A program made the position numbers and the translations under genes. The notes under the pieces are model-generated. The model was not told the DNA's origin and did not search any database. It saw only the letters and a program-made list of their open reading frames with translations. A stretch of DNA of 64,000 bases from a virus (lineage: Duplodnaviria > Caudoviricetes): positions 32,001 to 96,000 of IMG/VR virus record IMGVR_UViG_3300043427_003220. One strand, 5' to 3'. This document shows, piece by piece, positions 56,787-64,000 of this stretch (position 1 is the stretch's first letter; each line of letters starts with the position of its first letter).

Positions 56787-59700
56787 ATGACAACAAGCCT
56801 ACGAATTATAAAGAAAAATATTAGCCCTGACGCAGTCGACGGAACCAAAATCAAGGTTCTCGACGGTCAGGCCCTTCGGGGGACAAACGCAGCGGGCGAA
56901 ACAATCGAAATACTAAAAGTTCAAGCTAACAAGCTTTTAGGTCTTGGCATTGAGATTGCTACCGCCCCCGCTCTTCAGGCCGAAGAGTCTGCCCGCGCTG
57001 CTGGAGACTTGACAGAAAAAACAGCTCGCATGGCTGCTGATGCTACCTTGCAGGCTGCTGTTGAAAAAGAAGTCAGCGACCGTGCTGCTGCCGTTAGTGC
57101 AGAACAAACATCTCGTAATTCAGCTATCACCTTGCTCTCTACAGCAACTCAAGATGCCATTCAGTCAGAAGTTAGCGCTCGTATTGCTGGTGATGCTGCG
57201 GAATCTGCCGCCCGCGTTGCTGGTGATGCCGGACTACAATCTGCCCTTAATACAGAATCTGCCGCTCGCGTTGCTGGCGACCTAGCTGAAAAAACAGCAA
57301 GATTGTCGGCTATTATTGAATTAGAATTGGCAATTGATACTGAAGAATCAGCTCGCGTTGCCGCCGATAATGCCGAAGCGGCTTCGCGTATTTCCGCTAT
57401 CAATAATGAAGCGGCGCTTCGTCAATCTGGAGACGACAATCTTGCTGCTCTTATTGGTGCAGAGCAAGCTGCACGCATTTCAGCCGTATCTGCAGAAGCC
57501 TCCTCTCGTCGAGCTGCGTTGGACGTTGAAAAAACTCTTCGTATTGCCGGCTACCTTGAGGAAATCGCTTCTCGCCAAGCTGCTGATGCTGTCCTTCAGT
57601 CCGCTATTGATGCTGAAACTGCTGCTCGTCAAAACGGCGACAGCGCTGAAGCTGCCGCTCGCCAAGCTGCTGATTTAGCAGAGCAATCTGCTCGTATTGC
57701 TGCTGATGCCTTTTTGCAAGCAAATCTTGATGAAATTGAAAATGCACTTAAAACACAGCAACAAGCGGCAAGTATAAATTTAGCAAACGAACTCACTGCT
57801 GAACAGTCTGCTCGCATCGCCTCCGACGCAAGCCTACAAACGGCTTTAAATGCAGAACAAGCTGCTCGTATTGCTGCTGACCTAGAAGAAAAAACAGCTC
57901 GCATGGCTGCTGATGCTGCCCTAGGGTCTAGAATTGACAATGTATTGTCAAATATTGACCCTGCGGCATTGGACTCATTAACTGAGATTGTTGATGCTTT
58001 TGAAACGGCAGATGAGGCGCTCAATGGCGCAATTGTTACCTTGGCAAATAATAGTACAAATGCTATTAATGCTGAAACTATTACTCGTCAAGCCGCTATT
58101 ATGGCAGAGGAACTTGAGCGCATTGCCGCAGATAATGCGGAAATTACCGCTCGCCGAGCTGCTATCCTAGAAGAGCAATCTGCTCGTATTGCTGCTGACC
58201 TAGCAGAACAATCTGCTCGTGAAATTGCTGTTGACTACCTATCTCAGGCTTTATCTACCGAGATTAGCTCACGTAATTCAGAGTATTTAACTGAAAAAAC
58301 AGCTCGCATGGCCGCTGATGCTGAGGAAGCTGTCGCTCGTGAAGCTGCCGACCTAGAAGAAAAAACAGCCCGCATAGCTGCCGATATTGCCTTGCAAGCT
58401 GCTCTTAGTGCAGAAACTGTTTCTCGTCAGGTAGCCGACCAAGCTGAGCAGGTTGCTCGTGAAGCGGGCGATGCTGACCTTCAGGCTCAAATTAATGCAC
58501 TTAGCGGGTCCTCTGGCACAAACCTAAGCGCACTCGAATCAGCGTTGGCTGCGGAGGTATCTTCCCGCACTATTGCAGATTTGGTTGAAAAAACCGAACG
58601 CATAGCAGCGGATGTATTACTGCAATCAGCAATTGATAGTGTATCTTCGCAGCTTCAAACTGAAACTAACGAACGCTTAGCGGCCATTACTCAAGTAAGC
58701 ACTGATTTAGAACAATCAATAACGCAAAACATTACTATTGTTAATAATAATCATACCGAATTTATTTCAATCACAGAAAACAACTTTATTCAAGAGCGCA
58801 GTCAACGTGCTCAACTTGAAACTAATATGAGTATTGGTTTTGAGGCAGCCGCTGCGGTAAGTGCCGGCATTCAAGCAGACATGGAATTTGGTTTTGGTGT
58901 AGAGGCAGATGCGCGTGTTTCTTTGGGCGTCGCCCTGAGCGCTTCTATTGACGTAGAAGCCTCTGCTCGCGTAGCTCTCGCTACCCAAGTTGCTGCTGAC
59001 ATTGACGTGGAAGCCTCTGCTCGCGTAGCATTAGCCGCTCAAGTAGCCGCTGACATTGACGTGGAAGCCTCTGCTCGCGTAGCATTAGCCGCTCAAGTAG
59101 CTGCTGATATTGACGTAGAAGCTTCAGCTCGCGTAGCTCTTGCAGCGCAAATCGCTGCTGATATTGATGTAGAAGCTTCAGCTCGTGTAGCTCTTGCAGC
59201 ACAAATTGCTGCTGATATTGATGTAGAGGCTTCAGCCCGTATTGCCCTTAGTGCTGAACTAAATGCAGCGATCGACGCAGAGATTTCTGCTCGCATAGCT
59301 CTCGCTGCTGCAATTGATGCTGATATTGCTGCAGAATTGGACATAGAAGCTTCAGCTCGTGTAGCTCTTGCAGCACAAATTGCTGCTGATATTGATGTAG
59401 AGGCTTCAGCCCGTATTGCCCTTAGTGCTGAACTAAATGCAGCAATTGCTGCGGAAGTAGATGCGCGTATAGCACTGGCTGTTCAATTAGGAATTGACAT
59501 TCAAGCAGAAGTCTCCGCTCGTTTAGCGCTGCAGGCAGCTATTGAGGCTGACATTCAAGCAGAAATTTCTGCTCGTTTGGCACTTGCCGCCTCCCTAGAG
59601 CTTGGCCTTAGCCTTGAAGCTGGTGCGCGAGTGGCCCTTGGCGTTGAACTTAATGCAGCAATTTCTGCGGAAGTGGGCGCTCGTGTAGCTCTTGCGGCGC

Positions 59701-61655
59701 AAGTGGCTGCCGAGATTAACGCGGAAGCTTCTGCGCGTGTAGCACTACAAAGCGCTCTTGAATCTGAAGTTGTGGCTCGTATTGCCGATGTTGATGCGGA
59801 AAAATCAGCTCGTATTGCCGGAGATGCTGCAGAAGCTGCCGCTCGTGAAGCTGCTGTTTTTGCTGAACAGGTATCTCGTCAAGCTGCTGACAGCGTTGAA
59901 GCCGGCATTCGTGAAGCTAATGATTTGGCAGAGCAATCTGCTCGTATTGCTGCTGACCTTGTTGAGAAAACAGCCCGCATGGCTGCCGACGCTGATGAAA
60001 CCGCAGCTCGCATGGCTGCTGATGCTGCCGAGCAGTCTGCTCGTATTGCCGCAGACGCTACGCTTCAGACGCAAATGGGCGTTCTTGAAACGCAAATGGA
60101 TGTTCTTGAAACTAATGTTAGTGCTATTCAGACGGTTGACACTTACAAAACAAGTGTATTTATTAATAGCACACACGTTGCCAATCAATATGTCGACATT
60201 TCTTATAGCGGCAGTTTGATTTTATTTTCAGCGACAGTCGATCGCCTTAATCTATACGAAACCACCGATTATATTTTAACGGTTCCTTCTCCCGGCACAC
60301 TTAGAGTAAACTTTACAAGTTCTTTTATGAGTGGCCCAGAAGCAATTACTGAAGGCGATGTTATGCACTGTCAACTCTTCCTTGGGCAGTATCTTGCTGC
60401 TCCATATGATGGAGAGTTTTACGATGAGCTTGCTTCCCGCGTTGACATTTTGCAAGCTAGCGACACAACCGTTGGCTCTGTAGCCAAAGCGTTTAAAGAC
60501 GCTAAGGCATACACAGACGCTCAACTAAGCGCTGTTGTTGGTGCTGCTCCGGAATTGCTAAATACGCTCAGCGAACTTGCCGACGCTATTGGCGATGATG
60601 CTAGCTTTATTTCTACAATGAATAGCAAGATTGCTAGTGAAACTTCTAGCCGTACTGCGGCTGTTAACTCATTGCAGTCTTCGCTATCTGCTCTTGAAGC
60701 GCAAACTGGAAGCAACTTGCAGGCTGCTGTTGCAAGCCTTCAAACGGCTGATTCCGTTGAACAAGCTGTTCGCCAAGCGGCCGATGATGCTGAAAAAACA
60801 GCTCGTATTGCCGCTGACCTAGCGGAACAATCTGCTCGTCAGGCTGCCGACGCAGTCCTTCAAACCAATGTGACAAATGAAACATCTGCTCGTCAGGCTG
60901 CTATTTTGTCAGAGGAACTTGCTAGAATTGCCGGCGATGCTGCTACATTGGTTTCAGCTCAAGCATACGTTGACACTAAAATGACGGCTCTTATTAACAG
61001 CGCTCCTGCTGCTCTTGATACACTTAACGAGCTAGCCGCTGCCCTTGGCAATGACGCCAACTACGCGACAACCGTTGTAAATCAAATTGCTGCGGAAGCT
61101 TCTTCTCGTCAGTCCGCTGACGCTAGCCTTGACAGTCGTCTCGATGTTCTTGAAGGTGCAGATACGGTTGATGGTTCTGTTGCCAAAGCTCTTAAAGACG
61201 CTAAGGCGTACACGGACCTATTCCTAAATGATATCGAGGCTCTTGTTGTTTCTAAAGAATCCGACGTTGTTGACGCAATTGCTGGTTTTGATGCTCGTTT
61301 GACGGACACTGAATCCGAAATTGTTGACGCAATTGCTGGTTTTGATGCTCGTTTGACGGACATGGATGGCGATAAGAACGTAACTAGCTCTGCTGCAACT
61401 GGAACTCTCTTTACAGTTGGTGCTACCGTAAGAAGCTTTGTTGGTCAGGTTTCTGTTTATATTGCCTCCACGGGTAAAGCAGAAGTCTTTGATATTAAGG
61501 CTGTCTTTAATGGCACAAGTTGGATTATGGCTCAATCCAGCGCGGGCGATGATTGCGGAGTTACCTTTTCAATCAATAGTTCCGGTGTTGTAAGTTTCAG
61601 TGGCCCTGCTGTTAGTAAAGTAATGAAATACAAGTATTTCTCAACTTTCATCTAA
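56787..61655 (+). CDS. Very long coiled-coil fibre protein with 11- and 18-residue repeats
   Basis: Same N-terminus, hendecads, an IDVEASARVALAAQ(V/I)AAD 18-mer block and a distinct C-terminal beta domain. Confidence 0.8.
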   Translation: MTTSLRIIKKNISPDAVDGTKIKVLDGQALRGTNAAGETIEILKVQANKLLGLGIEIATAPALQAEESARAAGDLTEKTARMAADATLQAAVEKEVSDRAAAVSAEQTSRNSAITLLSTATQDAIQSEVSARIAGDAAESAARVAGDAGLQSALNTESAARVAGDLAEKTARLSAIIELELAIDTEESARVAADNAEAASRISAINNEAALRQSGDDNLAALIGAEQAARISAVSAEASSRRAALDVEKTLRIAGYLEEIASRQAADAVLQSAIDAETAARQNGDSAEAAARQAADLAEQSARIAADAFLQANLDEIENALKTQQQAASINLANELTAEQSARIASDASLQTALNAEQAARIAADLEEKTARMAADAALGSRIDNVLSNIDPAALDSLTEIVDAFETADEALNGAIVTLANNSTNAINAETITRQAAIMAEELERIAADNAEITARRAAILEEQSARIAADLAEQSAREIAVDYLSQALSTEISSRNSEYLTEKTARMAADAEEAVAREAADLEEKTARIAADIALQAALSAETVSRQVADQAEQVAREAGDADLQAQINALSGSSGTNLSALESALAAEVSSRTIADLVEKTERIAADVLLQSAIDSVSSQLQTETNERLAAITQVSTDLEQSITQNITIVNNNHTEFISITENNFIQERSQRAQLETNMSIGFEAAAAVSAGIQADMEFGFGVEADARVSLGVALSASIDVEASARVALATQVAADIDVEASARVALAAQVAADIDVEASARVALAAQVAADIDVEASARVALAAQIAADIDVEASARVALAAQIAADIDVEASARIALSAELNAAIDAEISARIALAAAIDADIAAELDIEASARVALAAQIAADIDVEASARIALSAELNAAIAAEVDARIALAVQLGIDIQAEVSARLALQAAIEADIQAEISARLALAASLELGLSLEAGARVALGVELNAAISAEVGARVALAAQVAAEINAEASARVALQSALESEVVARIADVDAEKSARIAGDAAEAAAREAAVFAEQVSRQAADSVEAGIREANDLAEQSARIAADLVEKTARMAADADETAARMAADAAEQSARIAADATLQTQMGVLETQMDVLETNVSAIQTVDTYKTSVFINSTHVANQYVDISYSGSLILFSATVDRLNLYETTDYILTVPSPGTLRVNFTSSFMSGPEAITEGDVMHCQLFLGQYLAAPYDGEFYDELASRVDILQASDTTVGSVAKAFKDAKAYTDAQLSAVVGAAPELLNTLSELADAIGDDASFISTMNSKIASETSSRTAAVNSLQSSLSALEAQTGSNLQAAVASLQTADSVEQAVRQAADDAEKTARIAADLAEQSARQAADAVLQTNVTNETSARQAAILSEELARIAGDAATLVSAQAYVDTKMTALINSAPAALDTLNELAAALGNDANYATTVVNQIAAEASSRQSADASLDSRLDVLEGADTVDGSVAKALKDAKAYTDLFLNDIEALVVSKESDVVDAIAGFDARLTDTESEIVDAIAGFDARLTDMDGDKNVTSSAATGTLFTVGATVRSFVGQVSVYIASTGKAEVFDIKAVFNGTSWIMAQSSAGDDCGVTFSINSSGVVSFSGPAVSKVMKYKYFSTFI

Positions 61656-61663
61656 CAATCTCT

Positions 61664-61691
61664 AAAGGGGGGCAAGTTCCCCCCTTTTTTT
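61664..61691 (+). terminator. Intrinsic terminator
   Basis: AAAGGGGGG-caagtt-CCCCCCTTTTTTT. Confidence 0.8.
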
Positions 61692-61707
61692 AGAAAGGAT
61701 TCGATAA

Positions 61708-62049
61708 ATGGCTTTACTAATTAGCAAACCAGCTTCAATAACTAAGGGAACTTCCCAAGTTATTAGCTTTAATCGAAATGAAGTTGCAGCACTTATTACG
61801 GATGCGTATTTTCAAGACCCTTTAAACTGGTCAAAAATTACTTTTTATTATAAAGATGCTACTAACGTACAAAAAGTTTATTGTCATATGAATTTAGTAT
61901 CCGATAGCGGCACGTTTAAGGTTTCAGCGAGAGCGTTTACCAACACGTGGCAACTTTTTAAAATTCTTATAGAAGATTTTGATGGCGGCGTCCATATAAT
62001 TAGACGCGCCGATCTAGGCTCAAATGATGACTTAATAGTAAGTTCTTAA
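61708..62049 (+). CDS. Small virion protein, paralogue of the N-terminal domain of the next gene
   Basis: MALLISKP...NWSKI..YY...W.L.KI.I.D. Confidence 0.65.
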   Translation: MALLISKPASITKGTSQVISFNRNEVAALITDAYFQDPLNWSKITFYYKDATNVQKVYCHMNLVSDSGTFKVSARAFTNTWQLFKILIEDFDGGVHIIRRADLGSNDDLIVSS

Positions 62050-62073
62050 CTATATCAATAAAAGGAACTGACC

Positions 62074-64000
62074 GTGGCCTTACTAATAAATAAACCCAAA
62101 AGAGTCGTGATTGACACGCCCGTCTCTTTAACTCTTAATAGAGCAGAATTGGTTGGACACCTTGCATCTAATGCTTATTGGTCTAATACGAGCAATTGGA
62201 GCAAGGTTTACTTGTATTATTCAGATTCTACAAAAAAACAAGCTATTCCGGTAATTTTTGGTTCTACCAATACTGCTGTTTTTCAATCATCTAGCCGTGT
62301 AAAACAGTCTCGCTGGACGTTGGAAAAAATTGTGATTAAAGACCACGAACGCGGCTTAATCACATTGAGCCGAAGTAAGTATTTTTTGGCTTTAAGTGCA
62401 TGTGATTTTGTTGTTTCTGTTCCAAATAGAGTTCCTTCTAATATATTTCTATCTAACACTTCGGTTGTTGAAAATACGACTTTTGTCGGAAACTTGACGG
62501 CAACTGACCCAGATATTGAAGACCCTTTAGTTTATTCAGTTATCAGTGGGTTTGGAGATGCAGCTAGTTTTCAGATTGTAGGCGACAATGCCCTTCATTT
62601 TGTTACAGCTCCCAACTTTGAAATTAAAAACCAATACAGCGTAAAAATTCGAGTTACAGATTCTAGTGATACCTTTTATGAAAAAGCATTTACTATTAAT
62701 GTTGTTGACGCTAATGATGCTCCAAGCAATATCACCTTGTCTAACAATACAATTTATGAAAATGCAGCGATAAATACTGTAATTGGCACACTTAGTGCTA
62801 CTGACGAAGATGCCGGAGCCACAGCTACATTTAGCATTGTTGGTGGAGACACGGCTTCATTTAATATCACCGGCAACCAGCTAAGAGCTTCTGAATCATT
62901 TAACTATGAAGTCAAGGCTTTATATTCAGTCACTGTAAGAGCGACCGATAATGGTGGCCTAACCTATGATAAAGTCTTTAATATTAGTGTTTTGAACGTA
63001 AATGAATCACCTACTGGCATTACTCTGTCTAGCTCATCTATCAATGAGTACAACGCTATTAACGCTGTCGTTGGTATGCTTACGACAGCGGACCCAGACG
63101 GTGGAGATACTTTTACGTACACTATCGGTGGACCTGATCTTGCCGCATTTAACATTAACGGCAACCAGCTAAGAGCATCTCAAGTATTTGATTATGAAAC
63201 AAAATCGTCTTATTCTATTGAAATTCGTTCAACAGACGCTGGCGGCTACTTTTTTCAAAAATCTTTTACAATTAATGTTAATAATATAATTGAAGCGCCT
63301 ACGGATATTACCTTGTCTGCAAACTCTATAAATGAAAATGCAGCGGTTAATACTGTGATTGGAACCTTGGGAGTTGTTGCCCCTACAGCGCAATTAGCCA
63401 CGTATGTTATTATCGGAGGAGACACCTCTTCCTTTAATATTTTTGGCAATCAGCTAAGGTCTTCTGCTAGTTTTGACTTTGAAACAAAATCTTCTTATTC
63501 TATTACAATTCAAGCAACCGTTGGCGGAGAGGGTTTTAACAAAACCTTTACTATCAACGTCAATAATATTGCCGAGCCACCTTCTGATATATTGTTGTCG
63601 TCCTCCAGCATTGCTGAAAATAACGCAGTAAATACTGTAATTGGCACACTTTCTGCCGTTGGTGATACTTGTACATATTCAATAATTGGCGGCGACACGT
63701 CTGCATTTAATATCAATGGTAGCCAACTCAGAGCCTCGATTGCTTTTGATAGAGAATCTAAATCGTCTTATTCTGTAATTGTAAGAGGAACGACTCCGTT
63801 TAATCAAACTTTTGATAAAGCACTTACGATTACTGTTACAGAAGTCGATGAGTTTGCGCCGACTGGACTTGTAGCTTGGGGTGGCACAATTCGCGGAACA
63901 GATATGGCCACATACAACTCAGCGTCGTATAACGACAAGTTGTTTAGAATTGGTGTGTGGGATAATGATTATTCAGACTATAGCCAATATTTAACAAGGG
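62074..64000 (+). CDS. Cadherin-repeat protein, 3'-truncated at the window edge (absent from the ORF track)
   Basis: GTG start after AAAGGAA and open to the end. Five ~97-aa repeats with P.NITLS...I.EN...NTVIG.L...D.D...F.I.GNQLR....FDYE.KS.YS..VR.TD. Confidence 0.85.
   Translation, partial: MALLINKPKRVVIDTPVSLTLNRAELVGHLASNAYWSNTSNWSKVYLYYSDSTKKQAIPVIFGSTNTAVFQSSSRVKQSRWTLEKIVIKDHERGLITLSRSKYFLALSACDFVVSVPNRVPSNIFLSNTSVVENTTFVGNLTATDPDIEDPLVYSVISGFGDAASFQIVGDNALHFVTAPNFEIKNQYSVKIRVTDSSDTFYEKAFTINVVDANDAPSNITLSNNTIYENAAINTVIGTLSATDEDAGATATFSIVGGDTASFNITGNQLRASESFNYEVKALYSVTVRATDNGGLTYDKVFNISVLNVNESPTGITLSSSSINEYNAINAVVGMLTTADPDGGDTFTYTIGGPDLAAFNINGNQLRASQVFDYETKSSYSIEIRSTDAGGYFFQKSFTINVNNIIEAPTDITLSANSINENAAVNTVIGTLGVVAPTAQLATYVIIGGDTSSFNIFGNQLRSSASFDFETKSSYSITIQATVGGEGFNKTFTINVNNIAEPPSDILLSSSSIAENNAVNTVIGTLSAVGDTCTYSIIGGDTSAFNINGSQLRASIAFDRESKSSYSVIVRGTTPFNQTFDKALTITVTEVDEFAPTGLVAWGGTIRGTDMATYNSASYNDKLFRIGVWDNDYSDYSQYLTR

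Noticed and set aside
55707-57498. Possible DGR template/variable repeat pair
   Set aside because: Mismatches are not adenine-specific, both copies are coding, and no reverse transcriptase is in the window.
51500-61000. Many recurring 20-33-nt DNA repeats (e.g. GAAAAAACAGCTCGCATGGCTG) that look like a CRISPR array
   Set aside because: They are in-frame coding repeats of the 11-residue protein motif, with no unique spacers or cas genes.
51345-61655. Tape-measure protein call for the giant Ala-rich ORFs
   Set aside because: There are four paralogues with shared globular ends and fibre-type APxxLDTLxEL nodes, and no adjacent tail-tube or chaperone genes. A fibre call fits better, though this is not proven.
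61700-61707. TTCGATAA before gene 61708 (and TCCGATAA at 41528) as extra sigma-28 sites
   Set aside because: No TAAA at the required spacing upstream.
1-64000. Stop-codon reassignment, introns/inteins, tRNAs, integrase
   Set aside because: Long genes are intact in code 11 and TAA, TAG and TGA all end genes. I recognised no intein, intron, tRNA or recombinase by eye, and a tRNAscan/Infernal run would be needed to exclude RNA genes.

Overview
The window is a 64-kb stretch of a large tailed dsDNA bacteriophage genome (Caudoviricetes, standard code 11). I saw no tRNA, rRNA, CRISPR array, integrase or reverse transcriptase. Head and packaging genes (terminase large subunit, HNH, portal, head-morphogenesis protein, probable prohead protease) are scattered among islands of small accessory ORFs in 1-25 kb. 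From 25.6 kb on it is almost all fibre and adhesin genes: C1q-tipped and tail-collar fibres, an S74-chaperone fibre, two glycine-rich adhesins, four paralogous coiled-coil fibres and a cadherin-repeat protein running off the end. Host-type enzymes include GlpX FBPase, a deoxyhypusine-synthase-like protein, and GT9 and DUF5672 glycosyltransferases. The main unexplained signal is non-coding: nine clear copies and one weaker copy of TAAAG-N14/15-(G/T)NCGATAA, the flagellar sigma-28 (FliA/SigD) promoter consensus. They sit at the heads of accessory islands and none precedes a structural gene. This suggests a phage early programme run by the host's motility sigma factor, which would fit a Bdellovibrio-like attack-phase host (inference). 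All product calls come from motif recognition by eye, and no database searches were run.
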